A DNA stretch of 64,000 nt from an uncultured Acidobacteriota bacterium (GTDB taxonomy: Bacteria; Acidobacteriota; Thermoanaerobaculia; Thermoanaerobaculales; Sulfomarinibacteraceae), in the NCBI GenBank assembly GCA_963712805.1, contig CAVQJV010000050.1, positions 15,536-79,535 on the forward strand, written 5' to 3'. Positions 39,878 to 53,152 of this stretch are shown one piece after another (within the stretch, counting starts at the first letter, position 1; each line of letters begins with the position of its first letter). A program made the position numbers and the translations under genes. The notes under the pieces were generated by a model. The model did no database searches. It worked only from the letters and a program-made list of their open reading frames with translations, and had not been told where the DNA came from.

Positions 39878-40863
39878 TCATACCTTTCTTTTGCGGCGGT
39901 GACGATCTCGTCGAGGAGGTCGTCGTAGGCAAGACCCGCCAAGCGGGCCATGATCGGCAGATCGGAGCGCACCGGGTGGAGACCGGGCAGCGGGTTGACC
40001 TCGAGGAACTGAAGCCTCCCTGAGGGGTCGCAGCGGAGGTCGACGCGGCAGGCGTCTCTGCACTCCAGCGCCCCGGCAACCGCCAGCGCCAGCTCCGCCG
40101 CCTCATCGGCCAGCGGTTCGCCCCTGACCAGCCGGTACTCCATCCGGTCCAGGTATTCGTCCTTGTTGAGCTGGGTGTAGGCCTCGACCTCGGAGCGGTC
40201 GGTCCACACCACCTCCATGACGCCGACGACGTGCGCGCGGTCGCCGTTGCCGGTGATGCCGACGGTGACCTCGCGGCCGGGCAGGAGCTCCTCGACCAGC
40301 AGACCGGCCGGAAAATCGGGGAGCAGCGCTGGCGCAGGTTTTGACCAGATCGCGGGATCGGTTGACGATGGAGTAGGCGCCGACGCCCTTCGAGCTGCCC
40401 TCGGCGAGCGGTTTGACGAACATGGGACCGTCGATGCGGAGCGACTTGGCGTCGGCAGGCTTGCGGATCACCATGAAGCCGGGAGTCGGCAAGCCGGCGT
40501 CGCGCACGATGCGTTTGGCGATGGCCTTGTCGAGCGTGAGGCCGCAGGTCACCGGGTCGGAGAAGGTGTACGGCTGATCGAAGAGCTCGCACAGGGCGGG
40601 AACCTGGGCTTCGCGGCCGCGGCCGCGAAGACCCTCGGTGAAGTTGAAGACGAGGTCCCAGCGTTGGCCGGCGACCAGCCTGGCGGCCAGCGACCGGCCG
40701 CGGCCGACGCGTTCGACGCGGTGGCCGAGGCGGGTGAGGGCGCCCTCGAGCCCGGCGATCACGCCTTCGTCGTCGAACTCGGCCACCTCGAGCTTGCTGT
40801 GGCCTGCGGCGAGGTACTCCTCTTTGCTGTCGTAACACAGTGCGATCGAGAGGTTCATTGCAT

Positions 40864-40867
<4 letters not shown>
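39878..40867 (-). pseudogene. ATP-grasp ligase, D-alanine--D-alanine ligase family (copy A), at least 1 frameshift; 3' end uncertain
   Basis: LSIALCYDSKEEY...LDKAIAKRIVRDAGLPTPGF...MFVKPLAEGSSKGVG is in frame. After ~40367 the sequence LLVEELLPGREVTVGITGNG...CRVDLRCDPSGRLQFLEVNPLPGL follows in another frame. No in-frame stop precedes the next gene, so the end is a guess. Confidence 0.6.
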
Positions 40868-42027
<1,160 letters not shown>

Positions 42028-42356
42028 GGATTGTGTTTCCCTTGTCGTTTACCGAGTTGAGATCGAAAATCAGCGAAGCATCCGCCTGTTCACCAGGCTG
42101 GTCCGCCAGCGACGACGCCGCGCGCGAAGAAGACCCCAAAGGGTGCGAGCGCATGGTTGGTCTACCGCTGGGAGTGAATTTCCCGGAGCCGCGAATGGGG
42201 CCCGGTTGTGGCGCGCTCTGAAAATGTCGAGCAGCGCGGTGAGGGCGATCGCCGACGTGAAACGGAACCCTTCTCCCGGAGTCGAGACTGACGTCCGGTT
42301 ATGGGTTCCTGCCTACTCGGAGGCTCGTCGGGTGCGATTTCCTCGCTCACGCCATG

Positions 42357-42384
42357 AAAGTACGTCTTTTTGGCAGCATGTCAA
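42357..42384 (-). promoter_or_regulatory. Candidate sigma-70-type promoter for the kamA cluster
   Basis: On the minus strand, TTGACA-N16-TACTTT begins 6 nt after the upstream stop. It would give a ~310-nt leader before kamA. Confidence 0.3.
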
Positions 42385-42389
42385 GGGTT

Positions 42390-44184
<1,795 letters not shown>

Positions 44185-44280
44185 ATAGCCTCCATGGGCC
44201 GCCTGCGCGGAGCGTTACGGTAGCACCTTCCAGCCGGTTCATGGTAGACCCGGGGTCGATGGTCGTATGATGCACCGGCT

Positions 44281-46067
44281 GTGATGAAATCCGCATTGAT
44301 CCGAGATCCCGATTCCGGCGGCTGGTCGCGCTACCGGTGCCCCGTCGAGGTCGTGGTGGCCCACGACTGCGGTGGCGTTGTCGACGGTTTGCGTCGGACC
44401 GAGAGGATGGTCGAAGAGTCGGGCCTGACGGCAGTGGGCGTCATCGGCTACGAAGCGGCGCCGGCGTTCGACCAGGCACTCCGGGTTCATCCGCCGGTCG
44501 ACGGCTTGCCACTGCTCTGCTTCGGACTATTTGACCGATCCGATGGCGTGCCCTCGGGCTTTCCGGACGACTGCGGGCGCTTTTCGGTCGGCGACTGGTC
44601 GGTGTCGCAGACCGAGGCCGAGCATCGGGTGTCTGTGGGTCGGATCCACGATCGCATCGCACGCGGCGAGACCTATCAGGTCAACCACACGTTTCGCATC
44701 CGGATGCCGTTTGACGGCGACCCGCTCTCTCTCTTTCGCGCCCTCGTCCGCTGGCAACCGGAGTCGCTGGCCGCCTACGTGGATTTCGGCGATGTGGTCA
44801 TCTGTTCCGCATCGCCCGAGCTGATGTTCAGCCTCGACGGGGATCGCGTGGTCTCGCGGCCCATGAAGGGAACCGCGGTACGCGGACACGACCCGGCCAC
44901 CGACGCCGAGCGCGAAGGGTGGCTGCGGTCTTCGGAGAAAAACCGGGCCGAGAACGCGATGATCGTCGACATGGTGCGCAACGATCTCGGGCGGGTCGCC
45001 GGGGCGGGCACGGTGGAGGTGACCGGTCGATTCGACATCGAGCGTCACCCGACCGTTCTCCAGATGACCTCCACCATCGAGGCGCGAACGGATGCGCCGG
45101 TGGCCGAGATCGTGGCGGCGCTCTTCCCGTTCGCGTCGGTGACGGGCGCACCCAAGGTCAGGACGATGGAGATCATCCGCGATCTCGAGCAGGAAGCTCG
45201 GGGGGTCTATACCGGCGCGATCGGCTTGATCAGACCTGGGCGGCAGGCGCGCTTCTCGGTGGGGATTCGGACCGCGGTCGTCGATCTCGCCCGCGGCGAG
45301 GTCGAGTACGGGGTCGGCAGCGGCATCGTCTGGGACTCGATCGCCGCCGAGGAGTACCGCGAGTGCCTGACAAAGGCGAAGGTGCTGACGGCGCAGCCGA
45401 CGGACTTCGAGCTGCTCGAGACCCTTCTTTGGGAGCCCGAAAACGGGTTCTTCCTGCTCGATCGCCACCTCGACCGGATGACCGCTGCGGCCAAGTTCTT
45501 CTGTCGATCGTTCGATCGTGAGCGGATTCTCGAGGGTCTTCGGGCGGTGCCGGATCCGCAGTTCCGTGGTTGTCGCTCCAACCGCCGATCTGAGGATCTG
45601 GAGCCGACGCCACCACTCCGGGTGCGGCTTCTGCTTGCCGCGGACGGGTCGATCCGCATCGAAACAACGCCGATCGTCAACGACGTGCCGCCGGCGCCGG
45701 TCCGCCTCGGCCTCGCGGTCGACCCGGTCACGCGCAAAGACCCCTTCCTCCACTTCAAGACCACCCACCGCGAGGTCTACGAACGGGCGCGGGCTTCGCG
45801 TCCCGACTGCGACGACGTCCTCCTCTGGAACAATCGGGGCGAGGTCACCGAGAGCACCGTCGCCAATCTCGTCGTCAGGATCGACGGCGAGTTCGTGACC
45901 CCGCCCGTGAGTGTGGCCTGCTCGCCGGGACTCTTCGGGCCGAGCTCGTCGAGCGGGGCGAGATCGCCGAACGGGTCGTCACCGTCGACGATCTCGCCCA
46001 GGCCGAGGCCCTCTTCCTGGTCAACTCGGTCCAAGGCTGGCGGGATGTCGAATGGGTGGATCGCTGA
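44281..46067 (+). pseudogene. pabB: Aminodeoxychorismate synthase component I fused to class IV aminotransferase (ADC lyase-like), 1 frameshift
   Basis: GETYQVNHTF, SRPMKGT, SEKNRAENAMIVDMVRNDLGRV, FPFASVTGAPKVRTMEII and RGVYTGAIG mark the synthase. The PabC-like half has FLHFKTTHREVY and NRGEVTESTVANLV. After ~45905 the end reads GLLAGTLRAELVERGEIAERVV...WVDR in another frame. Confidence 0.75.
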
Positions 46068-46080
46068 CCGCCCCCCTTGA

Positions 46081-49000
46081 TCACGGCGAGGCCGCGTCCC
46101 ACCGGGTCGTATCGCCGGTCTCGAAGTCGTCGGCGAAGAGCCCGAGAAAGTCGAAGGTCGCGGTGCACACGATGTCCCCGGTCATCGTGACGGATCCGTC
46201 GTCGCAGTCGGTGTCGCCGCTCCAACCGGCAAACGCTGAGCCGTCGGCGGCGGTTGGCGTCAGGGTCACCGGCTCCTGATCATCGAAGGGCGCGGCGCAG
46301 GCGCCGGTCGGGCAGTCGATGCCCACCGGTGCGCTGGTCACCGTGCCGCGGCCGATGCCGTCGAGAACCACGGTCAGCCGGCGACCCGGCCAGGTGGTGA
46401 GGCTGAAGGTATCTTCGACACCGCCGATGTCCAACGTGAGATCGGTGGTCGTGCCGTACGATGCCGACGAGGTCTGGCTGACCTGCACGAGGTCGCCGCT
46501 GAAGACGGCGCCCGGAACGCTGACCCAGCCGCCACCGTTGACCCGGTACTCGCAGACCGAGCTCGTGCACGAACTGATCTCGATGGTGGTTGGTGCGTCG
46601 ATGCCGGTGACCGTGACGGTGTTGGACGAGACAGAGGTGTCGAGGGTGAAATCGGTCAGGTCGCCGAAGAAGAAGGGATCCGGGATCGTGTCCATCGGCA
46701 CGCACTTGCCCGCGCTGCCGGCGCGATAGATCGCCCGGACGTCGGCGGCGGTGAGCTCGGCTGCGTAGATGGCGAGCTCGTCGATCCGGCCGTCGGTGGT
46801 GAGGTGATGGGTCGGCGGCTTCATGGCGCCGATGGTCAGGCTCTCGGTGGTGCTGTTGAGTCCGGTCGTCTTGGTCCAGGTGTCGGAGAGCAGGCCGTCG
46901 ACGTAGAGATTGACGTTGTCCGGCATCACTGTCGATCCGTCCCAGGTGACGGCGACGTGCCGCCACGCGCCGACCTCGACCGATGTGGTGGAAGCGCGGA
47001 CGTCGCCCGGAGACGTGCCGTACAGGACACTCCGGATGATACTGGAGTCCACATCGAGGGCGTACGAGGTCGCCGCCACGGTGCCGTCCGCGTCGCCCTT
47101 CGCGAAAATCAGCGCGTCGGGCAGGTCGTCCATGTTCACCCAGCCCTCGGCCGAGAACCCTCCGGTGATGTCGAGCGAGGCCGAGTGCGGAACCTCGATG
47201 TAGTCCGGGGAGGAGTCGTCGTCGAAGCTGAAGGCGCGGCCGACGGCTCCGGACCCGAAGCCGACGCCGTTGATCTCGGCGCCGTGGTTGCCCCCGATGC
47301 TGTCATGGGCGTCGCCCTCGCCGCGCCACCAGACCATGAGACCGGCCGGAGTCGGCGCGCACTCTCGGCAGTGCCCCCACCGGCCCGCTGCGAAGCTCGC
47401 GCGGAGCTCGGAGAGGGACAGCGCGCGGTCGAAGATCTGGATCTCGTCGAGCAGCCCGGTGAAGCCCTGGTCGGCCGAGGCGCAGTCGGCGACCGAGCCG
47501 AAACGCAGCGGTGGGTTGTAGGTGTCGGGGCCGAGAACCATCGCGTTGCTCGCTACGGGTTGCCCGTTGACGACGATGGTCGCGATCGCACCGTCGAAGC
47601 GGACGGCGACGTGAGTCCAGGTCTGGATGGGCAGCTTGTCGGGCGTCGTGCACACGCTGCCGCTGCTGTGGTTGAAGCAGAACTGATTGGCGCTCTGGTG
47701 CCAGACCATCTGGTAGTTCCACGGGGTCGAGTAGCAGTCGAAGCGCTTGCTGAAGATGTGCTGGGCGTCCTGGTCGGTCGCGCGCCAGGCCCAGAGCTCG
47801 ACGGTCATGGGATCGGTCGGACCGAAGCCGAGGTCGGCGCTGTGCGGGACCTCGACGAAGTCGCCGCCGTCGGGCAGCGAAATCGCAGAACCGACGAGGG
47901 CGGGCGCGAAGCTCGCGTTGTTCATCGCCGTGCCGTGGTGGCCGACGGCGCTGTCGAAGCCGCTGCCCTCGCCGCGCCACCAGCCGACTTGATCCGCTGC
48001 CGGGTCGACGCACGACGCGCATGCGCCGGCGGTTCCGGCGTTGTAGAGCATCTCGACCTCGCTCTGGCCGAGGGCGCCGGCCGTGATCATGACCTCGTCG
48101 ACCAGGCCCTGGAACGGTTCGAAAACCGCGGCCGACGAGCCCGATTGGCCGGCGCCGATCCCGGCCTTGGCGTCGGCGGCGCCGACGACGTTGATGCCGA
48201 GATCCGCGACCGTCGCCGCTGCCGGGGCGCCGTCGATGAAGAGCTGGAGCTGGGCGGCGCCACTGTCGCGGACGGCGACGACGTGATGCCAGGCTCCGTC
48301 GGTATACGCTTGATCGGAGACCACCGACGCCCTCGTGGCACCGGACTGGTCGATGATGAGGAACTCGACCTTGCCGGAGGTCTCCATGCGAAGCCCCCAG
48401 GTGCCGCCGCTGGCGCCATTGTGGTAGCGGGCGATGTTCCGGTAGCCCGGGGTGGTGGTCTCGAACCATGCGGCGATGCTGAAGCTCGTTGTTCCGAAAT
48501 CCCAGAGGTCGCTGTCGGGCAGCCGGACGACGTCGTTCGAACCGTCGAAGGGAGTACGAGCGGCCGACGATACCCGTCGCCGAAGGCTCGCGCCGTTGTC
48601 GGGGACGCCGTTGTTGTTGGCGACGGCGTCGTCGCCGTTGTCCTCGGCGCGCCACCACGAGGCTGCCGAGTGCGGGAGCAGGGTGCACGGGCGGCAGTTG
48701 CCGTTTGCGCCCGCGTTGAAGACGGCGAGAACCTCGACGGCGTCGAGGGCCCGGTCGAAGAAGCGGATCTCGTCGATCTCGCCGTCGAACGCGTCGCCGC
48801 CGAAATTCGTCGAGTCGCCGAAGCGAAGCGGGTTCCCCGTCGAGCTGATGGTCTGGCGAGCGATGGTCCACGCCGGGTCCGTCGCCCCGTCGAAGTAGAG
48901 AGTGACGGTGGCGCCGTCGGAGGTCACCGCCAGGTGGTGCCACTGACCGAGGACGACGATCGGATCGGTCTGCAGATTGACCGCCCAACCGTTGAACCCG

Positions 49001-49428
49001 ACGAGGGCGATCCGCAGCTGGTGAACGCGGATATCCCACCCCTGACCACCGTCGGGATGGCTCTTGCCGATTAGGTAGGCGCCGTTCTGGGACGCGTCGG
49101 AGTTGAACCAGAGGTCGATGGTGAACGGCGCCGAGCCGAGCTCGCCGGCGCCGGCGGCGGTGACATCCACCCGCGCGCCCGACCCGTCGAAGGCGAACGC
49201 CTCGCCGACCATCCCATCGCCGTACCCGGCGGCGCCGACGAGCTGGCCGTTCCAGGCGCCGTAGACGTCACCGGCGTTGCCGTCGCCGCCCCACCATGCC
49301 GTGACGCTGGCCGGCGGGTCGACACATTGAGCGCCGGCGGGGAGAGCGAGGGCGAAGGTGGCGAGAACTGCAAGGGTGGCCAGGGTGGCCGGAGGAGGGC
49401 CGGCGCGGTGCGGGCGGACGAGTGTCAT
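46081..49428 (-). CDS. Secreted 1115-aa protein: four LamG/concanavalin-A-like modules plus C-terminal InlB-B-repeat-like domain
   Basis: Intact ORF with signal ...LALPAGAQC. Each module opens with C..P......WW.GEG/D (CVDPPASVTAWWGGDG, CTLLPHSAASWWRAEDNG, CVDPAADQVGWWRGEGSG, CAPTPAGLMVWWRGEGDA) and contains FDG...D and IDE..I(Y/F) blocks. The tail LTVVLDGIGRGTVTSAPVGIDCPTGAC...AFAGWSGDTDC...VTMTGDIVCTATF is InlB-B-repeat-like. Confidence 0.75.
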   Translation of the reverse strand: MTLVRPHRAGPPPATLATLAVLATFALALPAGAQCVDPPASVTAWWGGDGNAGDVYGAWNGQLVGAAGYGDGMVGEAFAFDGSGARVDVTAAGAGELGSAPFTIDLWFNSDASQNGAYLIGKSHPDGGQGWDIRVHQLRIALVGFNGWAVNLQTDPIVVLGQWHHLAVTSDGATVTLYFDGATDPAWTIARQTISSTGNPLRFGDSTNFGGDAFDGEIDEIRFFDRALDAVEVLAVFNAGANGNCRPCTLLPHSAASWWRAEDNGDDAVANNNGVPDNGASLRRRVSSAARTPFDGSNDVVRLPDSDLWDFGTTSFSIAAWFETTTPGYRNIARYHNGASGGTWGLRMETSGKVEFLIIDQSGATRASVVSDQAYTDGAWHHVVAVRDSGAAQLQLFIDGAPAAATVADLGINVVGAADAKAGIGAGQSGSSAAVFEPFQGLVDEVMITAGALGQSEVEMLYNAGTAGACASCVDPAADQVGWWRGEGSGFDSAVGHHGTAMNNASFAPALVGSAISLPDGGDFVEVPHSADLGFGPTDPMTVELWAWRATDQDAQHIFSKRFDCYSTPWNYQMVWHQSANQFCFNHSSGSVCTTPDKLPIQTWTHVAVRFDGAIATIVVNGQPVASNAMVLGPDTYNPPLRFGSVADCASADQGFTGLLDEIQIFDRALSLSELRASFAAGRWGHCRECAPTPAGLMVWWRGEGDAHDSIGGNHGAEINGVGFGSGAVGRAFSFDDDSSPDYIEVPHSASLDITGGFSAEGWVNMDDLPDALIFAKGDADGTVAATSYALDVDSSIIRSVLYGTSPGDVRASTTSVEVGAWRHVAVTWDGSTVMPDNVNLYVDGLLSDTWTKTTGLNSTTESLTIGAMKPPTHHLTTDGRIDELAIYAAELTAADVRAIYRAGSAGKCVPMDTIPDPFFFGDLTDFTLDTSVSSNTVTVTGIDAPTTIEISSCTSSVCEYRVNGGGWVSVPGAVFSGDLVQVSQTSSASYGTTTDLTLDIGGVEDTFSLTTWPGRRLTVVLDGIGRGTVTSAPVGIDCPTGACAAPFDDQEPVTLTPTAADGSAFAGWSGDTDCDDGSVTMTGDIVCTATFDFLGLFADDFETGDTTRWDAASP

Positions 49429-49725
49429 CGTTGCCTCCGATGGGGTGACAGATCGTGGTCTGATTTTGCGATGGGTGTTTGATTCAAGGTCGTCTCACGC
49501 GATCGGGTCTTGCATGTTTCGTGCCGAAAACCGGCCGAGAAACCGGATGCGTCCAGGCATCGAAACTGTTCCGTTTTGAGTCAGCCGGCCGAATCGGAGC
49601 GCCGAGGACCGAAGGAACCGAGGCAAATATTTGGGACCTGCCGGCAGAACACAGTCATTCGCAGGAACGCAGGCGTCCTTTTCTGGAGGTCCGCCCCGGA
49701 GCTTTCGACCAGAAGCCCGTTTCTC

Positions 49726-50829
49726 TCAGTCCAGCCGCTTCTGGAACCTCAGAATCGCGGCGGTCATGACGATCGCGAAGAAGGCGAGCAGCGGCCAGAT
49801 CTCGTGACCCACATCGGCGAGGTCGGCGCCGCGCAGGATGATCCCGCGGACCATCCGCACGAAATGGGTCAGGGGCAGGAACTCGGCGAAGACCTGCGCC
49901 GCGCGCGGCATGCCTTCGAAGGGGAACATGAAGCCCGAGAGCAGGATGTTCGGCAAAAAGAAGAACATGATCATCTGCATGGACTGAAACTGCGATTTCG
50001 CGACCGTCGAAATCAGCAGACCGAGGGAGAGGGTGGCGGCGATGAAGACGGCGGACGCGAGATAGAGATCCACCAGCGAGCCGCGGATGGGAACCCTGAA
50101 GAGGGCGACCCCGAGCCCGAGAACGATGGTCACCTGGAGAAGACCGATGACGATGTAGGGGATGATTTTGCCGATCATGAGTTCGGATCGCCGCACCGGG
50201 GTGTTGATGAGGAATTCCAGGGTGCCGCTCTCGCGTTCGCGGACGACGGCGACGGCGGTGAAGAGCGACATGGTGAGAGTGAGGATGACGCCGATGAGTC
50301 CGGGGACGATATTGACCTCGGAGCGCCGTTCGGGGTTGTAGTAGGCGCGGACCTCGAAGGTCGGTGGTGGGCCGGAGATCGGTGGGCTCCGGAGCGGATC
50401 CTTGACGGTGAGCGCCTTGAGCCCCTGGGCGGTGGCCAGGATCGTCGGGTCGGTGGCGTCGATGAGGAGCTGGGCGGTCGGTCGGTCGGAGGACGCGAGC
50501 CGGCGTTCGTAGTCGGGCGGGATGAGGATCCCGATCGAGACCCTGCCCAGCCGGAGCAGGGACTCGAGTTCGGTGGCGGTGTTCGCCGTGGCGACGATGT
50601 CGGCGACCTGGGACGCCTCGACAGCCGCGACCAATTCGCGGGACATCCTGGTTCCGGACTGGTCCGCCACCGCGGCTTTCAGGTGGCGGACATCGGTGTT
50701 GATGGCATAGCCGAAGAGGACGAGTTGAAGCGCCGGGATCCCGACCACCATCCCCAGCGTCAGGCGGTCGCGTCGGAGCTGGATGACCTCCTTGGCGGCG
50801 ATGGCGAAGATCCGGCTGAGGAACCGCAT
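49726..50829 (-). CDS. ABC-2 type transporter permease
   Basis: Start at MRFLSRIFAIAAKEVIQLRRDR, overlapping the ATPase stop (TGATG). There is a large periplasmic loop, then about five TM segments. Typical of the YbhS/R-like ABC-2 family. Confidence 0.8.
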   Translation of the reverse strand: MRFLSRIFAIAAKEVIQLRRDRLTLGMVVGIPALQLVLFGYAINTDVRHLKAAVADQSGTRMSRELVAAVEASQVADIVATANTATELESLLRLGRVSIGILIPPDYERRLASSDRPTAQLLIDATDPTILATAQGLKALTVKDPLRSPPISGPPPTFEVRAYYNPERRSEVNIVPGLIGVILTLTMSLFTAVAVVRERESGTLEFLINTPVRRSELMIGKIIPYIVIGLLQVTIVLGLGVALFRVPIRGSLVDLYLASAVFIAATLSLGLLISTVAKSQFQSMQMIMFFFLPNILLSGFMFPFEGMPRAAQVFAEFLPLTHFVRMVRGIILRGADLADVGHEIWPLLAFFAIVMTAAILRFQKRLD

Positions 50830-51752
50830 CAGCGGGTCACCGCCATGAAGACATCTTCGAGGGTGGGGCCGACGAGCCCGTGCGCTGCCGTCGACACCGG
50901 CCTGTTGCAGGGCCCGGGTCACGAGGTCGACCGGGTCTCCCGCGGCCGGTTCCACATGCGCTCGAAGGAGGGCGCCGAGTTGCGCGATGCTGACCACCCC
51001 AGGGGTCTCGAGCGAGCACGGCGTGGCCCTGCCTCGGCTCCGCGATCTCGATCTCGACCACGGTGACGCCGATGGCGTTCTTGAGCTCCTCGGGCGTTCC
51101 GTCGGCCACCTTGCGCCCCTCGTCGAGGATGGCGAGAAAGTGGCAGCGCTCGGCTTCATCCATGAAGTGGGTCGAGACCAGAATCGCGGTCCCGTCGGCG
51201 GCGAGGTCGTACAGCGCGTCCCAGAAGTCCCGCCGGGTCTCCGGATCGACGGCGCTGGTGGGCTCGTCGAGGAGCAGGAGATCGGGTTTGTGGAGAGTCG
51301 CCGCGGCCAGCGCGAGCCGCTGTTTCTGGCCACCGCTGAGGGTGCCTGCGAGCTGCCTGCCGATGGCTCCCAGGTCGTACTTCTCGCGAGCCAGCGCGAT
51401 TCGTCGTTGCCACTGGTCGTCCGAGAGCGAGTAGATGCGGCCGACGAACCGAAGATTCTCGTTCACAGTGAGATCCTGGTAGAGCGAGAACTTCTGGGTC
51501 ATGTAGCCGACCTGCTGGCGGAGCTTCTCGGCGTCATCGGGAATCCGCTTCCCGAGCACGGTGGCGTGGCCCTCCGAGGGTTCGAGGAGACCGCAGAGCA
51601 TGCGGATGGCGGTGGTCTTGCCCGAGCCGTTGGGGCCGAGAAAACCGTAGATCCGGCCCTTGGGCACATCCAGGGCGAGGTGATCCACCGCCACCAGAGT
51701 GCCGAAGCGGCGGGTCAGACCCGCGGTGGAGATCGCGAGTTCGCTCAGAAGC
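50829..51752 (-). pseudogene. ABC transporter ATP-binding protein, 2 frameshifts; start uncertain
   Basis: Walker A GPNGSGKT, signature LSGGQKQR and Walker B LLLLDEP are present. The C-terminal domain continues in other frames (ETPGVVSIAQLGALLRAHVEP..., then PTLEDVFMAVTR-stop). Shifts lie near 51005 and 50885. Confidence 0.75.
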
Positions 51753-52693
51753 TCACCTCGACGGGAAGCCCGGTGGGCAGATCGAGGGCCGCGTCGTCGA
51801 CGAGATCGATCTCGGCGAGATAGGTGAAGTGACCGCGATCCCGTTCGGTCAGCGCATAGTAGGGCGTGAAGGCGGCTTCCGCGGAGATCATGCGGATCGT
51901 TCCTTTGAACGGCGAGTCGAAACCATCGATCGCGACCGACACCGTTGCGCCCGCAACCGCACCGGGACGTAGCTCCGCCGGCACATAAACGCGGGCAAAG
52001 GGAGCGCCATCGGCGAGGAGTACCGCCACCGGCGATCCGACGGGAGGCTCGTCGCCCTCCCGGAAGGGCAGCGCGTCGATGGTGCCGGCCCGAGGAGCGA
52101 CCACGATCATCCGTTCGGCATCGATGGCCAGCTTGGCGACCTCGGCTTCGGTTCGCGCGTGCTCGGCCCGCGCCTGGTCGAGTTCCTCGACGGTGGCGCC
52201 GTTGAGGAACTTCTCGAGACTCGATCGCGCCGCGTCGCGCCTCGCCGCCGCGGCGGTCTGATTGGCCTCGGCGGTGTCCAGAACGGATTGAGGTTCGACA
52301 CCGTCGGCAACCAGGCGTCGGGCGCGCTCGAGATTCGGCTGGTGTTGGATGAGCGCCGCCTCCGCTTCGGCGAGCTGAGCCCGGGCCTGGTCGATCTCCT
52401 CGTAACGGAAACCACGGACCACCTCCGCGAGGCGGGCGGCTGCCAGGTTCGCGGCTCGCTCTGGCCTGGCCGAGCAGAGCGACCACACGTCGGCTGTCGA
52501 GCTCGACGATGACATCACCGGCGGCCACCCGGTCGCCCTCTTTGACCGCGAGCCGGACGATGGGCTCCTGGCGTTCGGCGCGGAGCTCGATGCGGTACCG
52601 TTCCAGGGTGCCGACGGCGATGGGAGGACCGGCGTCTTGGCAGCCGATTGAGAAGGCAAGAACAATGAGCATCATCGGGATGAGACGTTTCAT
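51745..52693 (-). pseudogene. HlyD-family membrane-fusion/periplasmic adaptor lipoprotein, 1 frameshift
   Basis: Signal MKRLIPMMLIVLAFSIGC, a lipoyl-like hairpin (VKEGDRVAAGDVIVELD), a coiled coil after the shift near 52465, and a beta-barrel tail ...LPTGLPVEVSF. Confidence 0.75.
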
Positions 52694-52721
52694 TTGATCT
52701 CGGATTATAGACAGTTCGCCC

Positions 52722-53101
52722 CCCGCCCGCGTCCGAGCCCGGGGCAGCGGCAGCGAACAGCGACCGGGACAGCGATCAGCGGCCGGGGCAGCGACTGAGA
52801 TCAGGGACAGCCGACAGCGTCGGCGGCAGCGCCGGAGAGCAGCACGCGAGGCGCCCTTCAGACCCGCCGTTCATGGCCACTCCCGGGTCGTTCCTCCGCT
52901 CCCATCGACTACGGACCCATCAGAACGACCCGGAGGTAATAAAAACCGGGTCCACGAGGGCTCATCGGCGCCTGTGTTGCGGCGCTGCCATCTGCCGCTG
53001 ATGACCGTCGCTGTCCCGGATCGCTGCCACTGTTGCTGTTCCTGATCGCTGCCACTGCCGCTGCCGCTGATTGCTGCCGCTGTTTCGGACGCGGAGGCGG
53101 G
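52722..53101. repeat. Large imperfect palindromic element: ~90-nt CAGCR/GATCAG-word arms around a ~200-nt structured core
   Basis: Left arm 52722-52811 and the reverse complement of right arm 53010-53101 share ends CCCGCC(T)CCGCGTCCGA ... GGGACAGC and the same word vocabulary. The same words recur at 34665-34700. Confidence 0.75.
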
Positions 53102-53133
53102 CAAGAAAACGCCCGGGCCGAAGCCCGGGCGTT
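53101..53133 (-). terminator. Rho-independent terminator of the M16 peptidase operon
   Basis: On the minus strand, AACGCCCGGGC-TTCG-GCCCGGGCGTT is followed by TTCTTGC, 20 nt after the stop at 53153. Confidence 0.7.
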
Positions 53134-53152
53134 GGTGGTTATCGCGTCGCGT

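Noticed and set aside
39869-39880. Reading ATP-grasp A and ATP-grasp B as one fused double-ligase gene
   Set aside because: The in-frame continuation past 39880 becomes Thr/Ser/Arg/Pro-rich nonsense. Copy B has its own clear N-terminus (MHDILVAHNAV). Loss of the copy A stop through an indel is more likely, but this cannot be settled without corrected sequence.
42028-42356. Lysine (L-box) riboswitch upstream of kamA
   Set aside because: Apart from AGAGCGCGCC, I could not place the conserved L-box helices or the GCCGAAG and CUGUCA-type boxes by eye. It is kept only as a long-leader observation.
46804-49074. Very long ORFs overlapping the LamG gene: 756 aa on the plus strand, plus 578 aa (47303..49039) on the minus strand in another frame
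   Set aside because: Their translations are Arg/Gly/Pro/Asp-rich and low in complexity, with no motifs. These are typical shadow ORFs of a GC-rich gene. The 1115-aa frame has the signal peptide and domain repeats.
52871-53104. 77-aa minus-strand ORF inside the 52.7-kb palindromic element
   Set aside because: Its translation (SGSGSGSDQEQQQWQ...) simply reflects the CAGCR word repeats. It has no RBS and no coding-like composition.
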